A stretch of DNA of 64,000 bases from Eledone cirrhosa (Eukaryota): the NCBI GenBank assembly GCA_964016885.1, contig OZ024743.1, forward strand, positions 368,652,001 to 368,716,000, written 5' to 3'. Of the stretch, positions 1 to 11,741 are shown piece by piece. The position numbers and the translations under genes are program-made. The stretch's first letter is position 1; each line of letters starts with the position of its first letter. Under the pieces are notes generated by a model, which had not been told where the DNA came from, did not search any database, and saw only the letters and a program-made list of their open reading frames with translations.

Positions 1-325
1 CAGTATTATTGTTTTTATGTTCCATGACACAAGCATAGATTTTCCGCTACATAAGGCACCATTGTCAATTTTCACCATTCAAACAAAATACATGATTGTC
101 AGAAGTTATTAAAAAGAACTTTTCAAAGTTTGCTCTGAAAAGTCATTTGAAGTAAAAATTATTTTACATGAGAGATAAGATATAACGATACATATGATTC
201 AAGAAAAGCCATGAAATATGGTAGAATGTTTGTTAGACTAATTTTATCAGATAAATATCTAATCTGGATTCTATATTCACAGTACTATATCGGGATATAA
301 AACATTTTATGGATAAATTTATAGA

Positions 326-872
326 AGAACGCCCCAATCAATTTCTGGGGGAAATAATTATTTTTCCTCAGTATTTTCCTATCAATTAAATTACCTCCGA
401 ATATGCTGCAAAGATTTCTTTTTCTCTAAAAAAACAGAGGAGGGAGAGGGGACCCTTGGACCTGCTCCCCTCCTGGAGTTTACTTTACCTTCTAACCCCA
501 ACCCTAGCTCTAACCCAACCCTAACCATAACCCTAACTATAACCCTTACCCTAACTCTAATCCCAACCCTAACTCTAGGAAGGGTGAAAAGTCCGAAGGT
601 CCTCCCTTTTCGCTCTGTTTTCTGTGGAAAAAATCCTTTACAGCATGTTCGGAGGTAAGATTAGTTGGTAGCACATGAAAAAAAAAACTAGGGGTAAATG
701 GTAAAGAAACCTCCGGGGAAGGGGTAAAAAGTCCGAGGCTACCCCTTCTCTCCACTCCATTTTCCCAAGAAAAAATCTTTTGCCGCATATACGGAGATAA
801 ATTTAATTGATAGTTCCTGAAAAAAGATTAGGAAATTTTTTTATTTCCTACTGAAATCGATGGGGGTGTTCT
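326..872. mobile_element. Foldback/MITE-like element with long imperfect inverted repeats around a telomere-like core
   Basis: 326-490 (agaacgccccaatcaatttc...ctatcaattaaattacctccgaatatgc...) is an imperfect reverse complement of ~700-872 (...gcatatacggagataaatttaattgatag...gaaatcgatgggggtgttct). A further partial arm lies at ~578-670. Confidence 0.6.
491..577 (-). repeat. Degenerate interstitial telomeric repeat (CCCTAA)n
   Basis: A run of 6-mers: ccctaa/ccataa/ctctaa/cccaac. Confidence 0.8.
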
Positions 873-949
873 ATTTTATGTTTTTATATTTTGCATATTA
901 CACATACTACTTTAGAATATCAAACTATAGGTACTCTTCTTAGCTCTTA

Positions 950-1730
950 ATCCAGATTGTTCCATTGGGAATATAAGTCAACCAATTGTCTCCAACGCTG
1001 TCAGTCAGCAGCAGCTCATTGACATTCGTGCCAGGTGATGTTGATAGTTTGTAGGTCGATTGGGAATGTCCGCTGCCAAATTATCTTTAGTTGGCATCTT
1101 TTTCTCTTGCCTTCGGGGAGAGTTCATGTCATCGTGGTTTTGGATGGCTGATGGTTAGGGTCGCTTCCCACCTTCATAACCTTGCTCTTTTAGGTGTTGA
1201 TTCATAACCAAATCTTCTCAGCAGCTGCAGGTTCATATTGTCCTCAGCTAGCAAGTCGGTGTCGTCGGCAAAATCTGTCTTTCAGCCTTGATTTCCATGT
1301 CCACAAGATTCCCCAACCAGCGCAGTTAGCAGTCGTTTTCAATACAAGATCAGCTGCCAGCAGGAACAACAAGGTAGAGAGAATGCAGCCTTGTCTGACC
1401 ATGGAGATGATGTCAAAGAACTCCGTTTTACTGAATTTGGTTCTCACACAACAGTTCAAATTGGCGTACAGGTCTTTGAAGATGGTGATGAAACTTTGTA
1501 GAATGCCATACAAGCAAGCAATGTTCTGCAACAACTCCCTGTGCACACTGTCAAATGGTTTTTGAGAGTCAATGAAGTTGACCACCAGCGGCTTTTGCAG
1601 CTCGATGCACTGCTCAATGATGTTGCGCAGTGTAAAGATCTGTTCAGCACAAGCGGTTGCTTCGGAAACTTGCTTGTTCTTCTCTGAGCATGGAGGCTAC
1701 ATCTTGCCGTAGCTGTTGTAGCAACAATAG
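950..1730 (-). pseudogene. Decayed RTE-like LINE reverse transcriptase fragment
   Basis: ORF 1244-1585 reads FIDSQKPFDSVHR...RQGCILSTLLF (RT motifs A/B); neighbouring sequence is frameshifted. Confidence 0.8.
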
Positions 1731-2289
1731 CATAGCTGTTAAGGAGTTCACTTTGTAACCATGTGGTTTTGTGTTCAATCTCACTGCATGTTACCTTGTG
1801 CATGAAAATTGGTAGATGGAAACTGTGTGGAAGCCTGTTATATATGTGTATATGTATGCATGTGTGGAAGCCTGATATACGTCTGTTTATGTGTGCCCGT
1901 GTCTCTATTTATGCTTTTTTCCCATTGGCTTAGATCATGCAATTCAATAGTTTAACAAATAGGGATTGATAAAATAAATACCAGACTTTAAAAATATATA
2001 TACTTAAGTACAACACAGATACACTGGAAAAAAAATATATATACTTAGTACAACACAGCTACACTGGACCAGGAGGGATCAAAATCTCCATGTCGAAATC
2101 GATACCAGACCTGGGAATTGACACGAGCAATGTTCATCTTTTTCTTCACACATCATGAGGGTGGCGACAATGTGCAGATGACTCACTGGCTGGATCTTGA
2201 AGACTTTCCAGACAAGAGACCGAGAGACCATGTCGATACTATGGAGGATATTTGTCCTAAGCTGACTGTTCCCAACTGTGGTCACCCCA

Positions 2290-2790
2290 TAGTATCAAAC
2301 TAACCATGGAGGCATCCAATAAAGCTACACCAAGAGGATTGCTATGACAAAGGAGATGAGCTACAGGGAGAGGCTAAAAGAACTGAAACTCTACTCTTTG
2401 GAATGAAGATTTTCCATATACATATGGAAAAGCCTGGAGGAACTAGCACCAAACTTTGGCATTGAGAGCTGGACCAACCCACGAACAGGACGTCACTGTG
2501 TGGTGCCAATGGCCCATCTTTCACATCTAGAATAAGGAGCAGATATTGCAATAGCCTGGGGTTCAAGGGACCTCAATTCTTCAACAAGCTGCCAAGAAAT
2601 TTGAGAGATCTGCATGGTGTGGACGTGGATGTTTTCAAGAAACATCTTGACACTCTGGATCCAGGATCCCAGATGAGCCCACAACACGGTACAAAGGTAA
2701 CCTAAGGGCAGCAGAAACAAACTCCCTCTTACACCAATGGCCAGCCAACACAGGCTGGAGATCGAACATGTAGCAACAAGGGCGATGCCC
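2290..2790 (+). mobile_element. 3' fragment of a CR1/L2-group LINE
   Basis: Broken translation EMSYRERLKELKLYSLE...IYIWKSLEELAPNFGI...GPQFFNKLPRNLRDLHGVDVDVFKKHLD, typical of the ORF2 C-terminus of this group. Confidence 0.7.
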
Positions 2791-2812
2791 CAGCATGGTC
2801 TCAACCTTTTGT

Positions 2813-3103
2813 GAAGGCACATGGCTTAGTGGTTAGAGCATTGGGCTTGCAATCGAAAGGTTGTGAGTTCAATTCTCGGACCCAGTGACGTGTTGTTTCC
2901 TTGAGCAAACACTTTATTTCACGTTGCTCCAGTTTACTCAGCTGTAGAAATGAAATGATAGGACTGGGGTACCTATCATTAAATTACCGAAGAGACCTCC
3001 AACGAGATATACCTTGGAGGAGGCCAGCTAAACCTGCAAAGGTGGGAGCTATCACACACATGGTCTCAGCTGGATGGTTGGAACAGGTAAAAGAGTAAAA
3101 GAG
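2813..3103 (+). mobile_element. tRNA-derived CORE-SINE (tail variant 1)
   Basis: A box tggcttagtgg, B box gagttcaattc, then ccttgagcaa-acacttt...ccagtttactcagctgtagaaatg resembling the MIR/CORE domain; ends in (gtaaaaga)2. Confidence 0.75.
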
Positions 3104-4204
3104 TTGGGTCAATATCTTCTTCTTAAAGAAAATTCTATAGGTTGATCAAGTTACTCTCATGGAATGATCAAACGAGAATTATTTTTCAACATAGTCTTTG
3201 GAAAGACACAATGCAGTTATTAATAAGAAAAGTTGAAATTAATGCATACAAGATTTCACTGCACTAGCATCACTCTTTCATAGTCAGCCTACTCACGTAT
3301 AACAGAAAAAAATTGTCAGAGGTGCTTTAGTGTAATGGTGAGCACTGTGAAACGGCATATTGCAGGTGTGGGTTCATGTCACATGAGGGAACGTTGTACA
3401 ATTCTTTCCATCTCCTGGGTTTATATACCCATCTTAGACCATTTTCCATAGCCAAAATTTGTTGATGCTTCTAACTTACAAAAATTTAAAGGGCTATGAA
3501 TGTTTATAATCACTATATATGTAACTTCACCTTTGGTTGAGGGATAACTCAAGAAAGACAAGATATACGCAGCAAAAGCACAGTAATAATTACAAACATT
3601 TTGCTAGTTTTCAGTTGTGTGTGTGTGTATGTGTATTATATATATCTATATATATAATATATGTAAATGTATTATAGATAAATCTCTTTTTCTATACATA
3701 TATGTATATACATCCCTATTTTTCCCTTAATTTTATATTTGAAAAACTGCATCTCACATAAATCATCATTCTCCTACACTGAACATACAGTAAAACAACT
3801 TCGTATATATTGTACTGTTGATGGTGCTCCTTACCTTCTAAACCGTTAGAGTATACTTTTAGTATACTTGTCTTATGGCGATGTAAACCTGATTACTTTA
3901 GTATTTCTGTAAATTAATTTGTAACTTATTCTGCATATATATGTATATTGATATTGTCGCCAATTCCATCATTGATTCCTTGATTTATTCGTCTATATAT
4001 AAGCTGATATTCTATGTTAATAAAACTCTGATGATACCAATTTTGAACCTATTTCTGATGATTGAAGTATGAAATCATAATGGAACCTTAGATAAAAACT
4101 TTCTTCTTAAGAAAATTCTAAGATTCCTGATTTTATAATCTCATATCCTCAGGATGAATCTCTATCGGTTAAAACATGTGTTAGTTTGACAACGTATTGA
4201 CTCT

Positions 4205-4392
4205 TTGGTCAGTAATGCACTGGGTAATTGCTGGCCTTGTGCCTAAAGTAGAAACAATTATTCTTTATACATAAACGAAGTTAACTTTGCTTTTCATCCT
4301 TCCGGGGTCGATAAAATAATGTACCAGTAATGCACTGAGTAATTGCTGGCCGTGTGCCAAAAGTAGAAACAATTATTCTTTATATATAAACA
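4205..4392 (+). mobile_element. Two tandem 3' fragments of a Meta/MESC-type SINE
   Basis: Direct repeat cagtaatgcactg.gtaattgctggcc.tgtgcc.aaagtagaaacaattatt (x2) plus the core tttcatccttccggggtcgataaaat. Confidence 0.7.
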
Positions 4393-5304
4393 TATATTAT
4401 ACACATAAACACAATACACAAAGGACTGACATAGGGTTAAATAACAATAGCATGTATGAACAATCTGCTATTAGGTTTGTGGTCAAGCCTGTGACAGTGG
4501 AGGCTGCTTGCGTTCTTGGCCCCCAGACCACATCCTTACTCACAGCAATCAGGGTGGAGGGTGCTACTCGCAAGTGCAAGCCCTGTGAGTTAGTGTGACT
4601 GTTCCAGCACATCTCCCTTGCCATCCTCCGGGCAATGTATTTTTCATTCTGTCACTAGAACCATGAGGTTGACTAAACCTTAAACCATAAGTAGTAAATT
4701 CTGATCTCTCACGCACACACATAAACACACGCACATGCTAACACAGAGTAAACTGCTCAATTAAATTTTGTCCAGTAAATACGATTATGACAAATCTTGA
4801 CGTACTTTCTTCATGATTTCACATACTTAACTCATTCTTATTTGTTCTTTTTCCACTAACCTCTTTCACACGCTAGGTCTAATATTTTGAGAGTGTCATT
4901 GTATACAATATACTCCCCCTCCTGTCTTATTCTGTGGTTTGTATTTTACCTAAGTCAGGCAACAAATTCATTGGTGTGTAATGAGTTCAAATACAAACAC
5001 AAGATGGAGTAAACAAAATAAAAGCAGAAAAAAAAGGAATAGAGGAAAACAAATAGTCATTGAAGTCACATAATGTGTGACAAAAGAACATTGATGAACT
5101 TCCTTTTTATCTAAATTGGCAACATGATCATCTCCAAATATAACAATATCTGTTTCAATACATAATTTCACATCAAGAATCTTACAAAACAAATACATAA
5201 AAGTGATTTTTCCTATTATTTCAAGCGGTTGACTAATATATTTCTTCATTGTACTGTGTCATTTGCTTGGTTATTTCTGTTCACTCTTTACATACATACA
5301 TACA

Positions 5305-5630
5305 TGATGGCTGCCCCCTTGTTATCGAGTATGGTCATTGCACAATATACCATTATTAATAATTATCAATTAATTCTATCGTGCAATGCCTGTGCGTGAA
5401 AATATTTTTTAAAGTGAGGAAAAACTGTGCACTGAGCCAATCCCACTCTCTGAACGACAGTAGCTATAACCCGAAAAGAAGAAAAGATCAACATCATCGG
5501 TAACTACTGAGCTGCAGGTTTTATATTAGAGTTATCCCAGTTTCCTGAGTTGCCATCTCCTAGAAGAATGCCCTGACAAAGGCTAAGAGTCCTTTACTCC
5601 CAGTGGCTTAACCGCGTGATCGGGTGTCCA
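5305..5630 (-). mobile_element. Probable non-autonomous RTE derivative (5'UTR motif joined to an RTE-like 3' end)
   Basis: Minus-strand ggactcttagcctttgtcagggcattcttctaggaga resembles the RTE 5'UTR motif at ~16790-16835; ends ...gggggcagccatcat followed by (gtat)n. Confidence 0.45.
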
Positions 5631-5999
5631 GCCAGACTATTTCTATGTCCCCGTGCATATACATACATATGTACATGTGTATATACATATTTACACACTT
5701 TTGGATGGCCATTGACTCTTATGAGTTCTTCCGCCCTTTGTCAGGTTTGGGTTTTTGTCCAGCAGGGTGTCCAAAATCCCCCTCCTCACCAAGTAAACTT
5801 GGTGGGGTTACCGGTTTAGTCGCCAACGACCCGACCATGCGACAGGTTGTACTGGGTTACATGTTACCAGTAGCACTCAAGAGTGACCCGATATACATCC
5901 ATACATATATATATGTATATTATACATATATATATATATACATATGTATATATGTATGTATGTGTATACATATGCATATATATATACATATATATATAA

Positions 6000-6030
<31 letters not shown>

Positions 6031-6084
6031 CATCTATATGTGCAAATATATATATATATATATATATACACATTACCCACCTCC

Positions 6085-6312
6085 CACTGTTAAGTGGTTG
6101 TGTAGGTGCCACGGTAAAAAAGCACCCAGTACTCACTGTAAATAAAGTTGGTGTGAGGAAGGGCATTCAGCTGTAGAAATCAAGCTAAAATCAGTTCTGT
6201 ATGAGCAAAAAATGGTCACCTGACTTGGCATTGACCACAACAGGACAACCCGTCTAAGAATGCGTGGAAGAATGGACATAAAACAGTGATTTTGATGATG
6301 ATGATGATGATA
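6085..6312 (+). mobile_element. SINE/RTE 3'-tail fragment
   Basis: aaaaagcacccag...ggaagggcattcagctgtagaaa...ggacataaaa followed by (gat)n. Confidence 0.7.
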
Positions 6313-6921
6313 TATATACATGTGTGTGTGTAATGAGTGGGTAATGATCTGTCTATTCAAGTCATAGACAGAAATGTATGTGGTGGCAAACTCCAATGCT
6401 TTATCAATATTAATGTGACAAATGTTATCTCTTCTACCCCACCCAATTTATTGCAAATGCTTACGCATTTTTTAACACAATATCTTACTTTCTTCTTCTT
6501 GCTTTTTTCTTCCTTTTCTTTTTCTTTTTCATTCGTGACTTTCGTGCTATAAGAGGCACTATAATTTTTCCTTGACATCACATAAAATTCTATGCTGGAC
6601 AGTGTTGGTTTGTGTTAGATGCTGTGACCCTGAGCAGACTAGCAGTACAATTGGTAGGGGTCGAAACTGCTAAAGGCCACCTCAACAGCTGAAAATCCTG
6701 GAGTTCTGTGTCCTGTGTTTGTATTTTTTTTTTTTTTAACTTTTTTAAGGTTTCCTCTTAAAAGAATGTTTTTCATTCGTTGTTTTGTCCTCTCTTTGTT
6801 AATTTTCTTAAGTTAATATATATGTGTTTGTGTGTATGTGTGCACGTGCGCACATGTGTTTGTATATGCATATATATATTTATATATATATATATAAAGT
6901 TTTAAACATACATATATATAT

Positions 6922-7130
6922 ACATCATCATCATTCATTTCATTTTACGTCCACTTTTCCCTGTTTGGGACGGGGACTGATTCTGGCTTGATTTCTACAG
7001 CTGAGTGAACTGGAACAATGTGAAATAAAGTGTCTTGCTCAAGGAAACAACACATCACCCTGTCTAAGAATTGAACTCACAACCTTTCGATTGCAAGGCC
7101 AATGCTCTAACCAGTAAGCCATGTGCCTCC
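6922..7130 (-). mobile_element. CORE-SINE with RTE-type tail, internally deleted
   Basis: Reverse complement of the head seen at 23273, joined to ...ggaaaagtggacgtaaaatgaaatgaatgatgatg. Confidence 0.75.
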
Positions 7131-7344
7131 ATATATACATATATATATATATATATATACATATATATGTATGTATATAGAGTATGGGGTTAACAACAGG
7201 GATGTGCAGATCACATTATGGTCTGTTGGTTGAGAAGCAGATAAAAAGAATGCTCCACGACCTGTATAAATGGTACAAAACGGAACATTATATATTAATA
7301 AAAGATCGGAGGCCATGGTCAGTTGATTCAGGTTTATTTAAAAC

Positions 7345-7404
7345 ACCATTATACATATTTCACTGAGGACTATCAGTTAAGATAGCCTGAGCTCTTCAGA
7401 TGGC
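7345..7404 (-). ncRNA. Type I hammerhead ribozyme candidate
   Basis: Minus strand: gccat-CTGAAGA-[gctcaggctatc ttaact gatagtcctcagt]-GAAA-tatgta-TA-atggt. Stem I gccat/atggt, long stem II, AUA cleavage triplet. Confidence 0.75.
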
Positions 7405-7511
7405 AAAACCTGGCAAAACCTAAAATAAATATTGAAAGTTCCTCACAAACCTTTAAATTTGGAAAAATCCAACAATTTCCCTAAAAAAGATTTATGTGTG
7501 TATATATATAT

Positions 7512-7512
<1 letters not shown>

Positions 7513-7548
<36 letters not shown>

Positions 7549-9256
7549 GTTTAATGTCTATCTTCCACGCTAGCATGGGTTTAGACAGGAATTGTCCCAC
7601 GTGAGTCAAGATTGGTTGTCTTGCTCGTATAGGACTGTCTGGCAGGTTTTCTATGGCTGGATGCCCTTCTTAACACCAACCACGTTTACAGTATGGACTG
7701 GGAGGTTTTTACCGTGTTACCTACACGGCCACATTACAGCGTGGACTGTGTGTTTTTTTGTCGTGAGACCTACACGACCTCATTTATTTAGGACTGGATG
7801 TTGTGGTACCAACAGAAATTTACAGAGAAAGGGGTGTGTAGATGGGGGTGGGAATGGGGTAGTGGGATGGAGGTGTATTTTTGGTTAAGAGGTGCCTGCT
7901 GACTGTAGGTTTCGCTTTGTACTTAGGCAAGGTGGGTCTTCTGTATTACTGCGTAGCGCCAAAGATCTTGGTCCAGTGACATTGTCTTAGAGAGGTGTAA
8001 GTGTGTAAGGTCGGAATTTATCAATACTCCCAGGTTTTTCTGGGTCTGCCTACTCCGTTGCTTCCATCAATTTTGATCGCCCTGCACTTTTTTACACAGC
8101 TGTCGTCTTTCATGCGCATCACGTGACCATACCAACGTAGTCTTCTCTCGAGTAAACAGCATCTGATCCCTCTTATTCCTAATTTCTCACTTAGTTAATT
8201 TATGCTTTGCCGTTCACGTATATTACTGTTACACATCCAACGAAGCATGCAAGCTTCGTTCCTCTTCAGTCTGCGCAGATCATCTGCACACAATGCCCAT
8301 GTCTCACTGCCATGTAACATTGCTGTTCGTATGCAGGCATCATACAGTCTGCCTTTCATTTTTAGAGAGAAACCTTTAGCGGCCAATAGTGGTATAAGCT
8401 CTCTGAACTTTTTCCATCCCGTTCTGACTCTAGCTACTGTACTTTCAGAGCACCCTCCACCACTACTGATTTTTTCACCCAAATAACGGAGGGTGTCCAC
8501 TATTTCTATAGAATCATTTGGGCAATGGAAGGAGCTAGTATTCTGTGAGCACTTGCTACTATTTATTGCACCAGAGCACCGACCACATATACAATCTATG
8601 TTCTTAGTTAGCTTACCTGTGATCCCACTACATCTTTTATGCACCCATACTTTGCATTTGGAACATAAAATGGAGTTTCTGCCTACTCCTTTCCTACACA
8701 CTGAGCATGGCCATTTCCCAGAGGGGACCAGTGCCCTATTTTCCTTCCTACATACTAGAACTTTAGTCTTAGACAAGTTGATTTTAAGGTTTTTTTTATT
8801 CTAGGCGATGCTTCCATGTTTGGAATTTCTTCTCTAGTTCAGCCATTGATTCAGCTATGGGCGTTAGATCATCTGCGTATAGGAGTTCCCATGGGCAGCC
8901 GGTCTTGAACTCCTCTGTTATAGCCTGAATAATAAATAGGTGGGGGCTAAGGACAGAGCCCTGATGAACACCAACTTTTACGCTAAATTCTTCACTATAT
9001 TCGCTGTTAATTCTAACCTTGCTGACTGTTTCTTTATACATGGCTTGTATAGCTCTCACAAGCCATTCATCAACACCTAGTTTTCTAAGAGCGCACCAGA
9101 TAATGGAGTGGGGGACTCTGTCAAAGGCTTTCTCCAAGTCAACAAAAGTTAAGTATAGTAGTTTACCTTTAGCTAGGTACTTCTCCTGTAGTTGTTGTAC
9201 AAGGAAAAGAGCGTCTGTGGTACTTTTACCTGACACAAACCCAAACTGCATTTCAT
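7513..9256 (-). mobile_element. RTE LINE, 5'-truncated (same family as 39473-42796)
   Basis: ORFs 8796-9368 (QFGF..DLEKAFDRV..HQGSVLSP..YADD) and 8195-8776; (cat)n tail at 7513; 5' end abuts (TA)n. Confidence 0.95.
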
Positions 9257-9290
9257 ATATATATGTATATATATAGAGATACATATATGC

Positions 9291-9329
<39 letters not shown>

Positions 9330-9767
9330 TATATATATATGTCTATTTATATAACAGAATAGACGCACATAAACATATGTGCAGAGACACCAGTAGATAA
9401 ATAAATAAGATAGAAAACATTATAGGAATACAACGGGAGGAAAACATAGAAACATCACTGTTGATGTCATAGTTGTGTGCCTAAATAACCCCGAGAATCT
9501 ATATTTATATTTGTATTTTTTTACTTTTGGTCAACTAATGATAAACATCAGTTGCCAGGTGAATTATTTATAGAATATAAAAATATACTGAAGCGAAAAC
9601 CAAACCAAACAGTGAGTGTGGTTTTACTATATTTTTCTGGCAATATTATTACAAAATGACTCCAACAAATATAACAACATCTGTTTCAATACACAATTTC
9701 ATATAAAAAAAAACCTTGCTAACAAACACAGCGGCGCCGTCCCCATAATCTATCTTATTTCTCATTC

Positions 9768-9807
9768 TTTCTTCTGATGAAGGACTAGTGTCCGAAACGT
9801 TAAGAGG
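9768..9807 (+). ncRNA. Minimal hammerhead ribozyme candidate within a PLE-like fragment (~9730-9914)
   Basis: ttctt-CTGATGA-a-GGAC tagt GTCC-GAAA-CG-TT-aagag, with palindromic ACGT stem III. Confidence 0.7.
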
Positions 9808-9914
9808 GTCTTAACTATTCAGACACTAGTCCTTCATCCTGCTATATCAAGCGTTAACCTAATATATCCCTTCCATATACTGTACCGATTGTGTTGTTAT
9901 TCTGTTTACCTTTT

Positions 9915-10763
9915 GAGAGCTTATACCACTATTAGCTGCTAAAGGGTTCTCCCTAAAAATGAAAGGCAGGTTGTACGATGCCTGCATACGAACAGCAATG
10001 TTGCATGGTAGTGAGACCTGGGCATTGTGTGTAGAGGATATACGCAGACTAGAGAGGAACGAAGCTTGCATGCTCCGCTGGATGTGTAACAGTAGTATAC
10101 GTGAACGGCAAAGCATAAACGAACTAAGGAAAAAATTAGAGATAAGAGGGATCAGATGTTGTTTACTCGAGAGAAGGCTGCGTTGGTATGGACACGTGAT
10201 GCGCATGAAAGTCGATAGCTGTATAACAAAGTGCAGGGCAATGAAAATAGACGGTAGCCACGGAATAGGCAGACCTAGAAAAACCTGGGATGAGCTGATA
10301 AACTCCGACCTCACACACTTACACCTCTCCAAGACAATGTCACTGGACCGAGACCTTTGGCGGTACTCAGTAACAGAGAAGACCCGCCTTGCCAGTAGGC
10401 ATCTCTAACAAAATACACCCCGTCCAGCCACCACCCCCACCCCATCCACACCACCCCGTTCTATGTAAAGTTATGTTGGTGCCGCGCCATCCAGGCCGAA
10501 ACAAATGAGATCGTGTAGGTGTCACGACAAAAAAACACACAGTCCACGCTGTAATGTGGCCGTGTAGGCAACACGGTAAAAACCTCCCAGACCCACACTG
10601 TAAATGTGGTTGGTGTTAGGAAGGGCATCCAACTGTAGAAAACCTGCCAGACAGTCCTATGCGAGCGAGACAATCACTCTTGCCTCAAGTGGGACTACCC
10701 CCGTCCAAACCCATGCAAGCGTGGAACACGGACGTTAAACGTTGATGATGATGATGATGATGA
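9915..10763 (+). mobile_element. RTE LINE 3' fragment, near-identical to 41946-42796
   Basis: ORF 9959-10408 matches the C-terminus of the 959-aa ORF with ~3 substitutions; same 3'UTR and (gat)n tail. Confidence 0.95.
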
Positions 10764-10777
10764 TATATATATATATA

Positions 10778-11258
10778 GTTAGGGAAGCAGGAAAATGCTT
10801 ATTGTGATCCAGTTCGTGGTTAAGAAAGCCAGTTTAATGGACAGTTTCAACGTACGGTTAGGGGTAACTCCACAAGTTTGTAAGAATTCCGTTCAATCTT
10901 GGAGTATAAAGTATAAAAGAGAAAACACAGGTAAGCATTAAGAAAAGGATTTTATCCAGGTATTTACGACCGTTTCATTGGTAAGTGCAACCTTATATTG
11001 CTATACTGCAAATAGCAGCCACTCAATGATAATTGTTGTTCACGTCCAAATTTTCAAAATAGTGAGTAAGTTACTCTTAAAAAAGTTCTTAATATATAGA
11101 GAAAAACATTTTTGGGGAATTGTATTTACTAGTATAGTAAATTGAGTGGCTGCTATTTGCAGTATAGCAATATATGGTTGCACTTACCAATGAAATGGCC
11201 GTAAATACCTGGATAAAATCCTTTTCTTAATGCTTACCTTTGTTTTCTCTTTTATACT
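10778..11258. mobile_element. PLE-like inverted-repeat insert (118-bp arms plus an unpaired left tail)
   Basis: 10910-11027 is an inverted copy of 11141-11258; 10778-10909 is unpaired; (TA)n on the left. Confidence 0.65.
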
Positions 11259-11540
11259 ATCATCATCATCATCATCATCATCACCGTTTTACGTCCGTTC
11301 TTCTATGCTAGCATGGGTTAGACGGGTTGTCCTGTTGTGGGCAGTGTCTGGTCGGCTGACCATGCCTTGCTCATACAGGAACTGATTTGGCTTGATTTCT
11401 ACAGCTTGATGCCCTTCCTAACACCAACCTCATTTACAGTGAGTGGTGGGTGCTTTTGCTGTGGCGCCTACACGTCCACTTTACAGTGTGGGCTGGGTGC
11501 TTTTTTGCCGTGGCACCTCCACGACCACCTTGCAGTGGGA
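11259..11540 (-). mobile_element. SINE/RTE 3'-tail fragment
   Basis: (cat)n, gctagcatgggttagacgg, gatgcccttcctaacaccaacc and 48-bp-type subrepeats. Confidence 0.7.
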
Positions 11541-11637
11541 GATGTGTGGGGGCATATTGTCTATATGCTTCAGCTTGTACCCATGGGAGGTCGGGTACTC
11601 TGTATTACTGCGTGATGCCAGAGGTCACGGTCGTGTG

Positions 11638-11717
<80 letters not shown>

Positions 11718-11741
11718 TATATATATATAAATATATATATA

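Noticed and set aside
3318-3395. tRNA gene
   Set aside because: Only decayed A/B-box-like motifs and no cloverleaf; more likely an old SINE head.
4025-4190. Hammerheads at ctgatga (~4028, ~4055)
   Set aside because: Stems I and II are not convincingly formed; chance hits are likely in AT-rich DNA.
5624-6166. YI-, HT-, CV- and poly-V/H-rich ORFs here and at 11443, 16872, 34968, 38347, 52651 and 60753
   Set aside because: They are translations of (TA)n, (CA)n and (GGT)n microsatellites.
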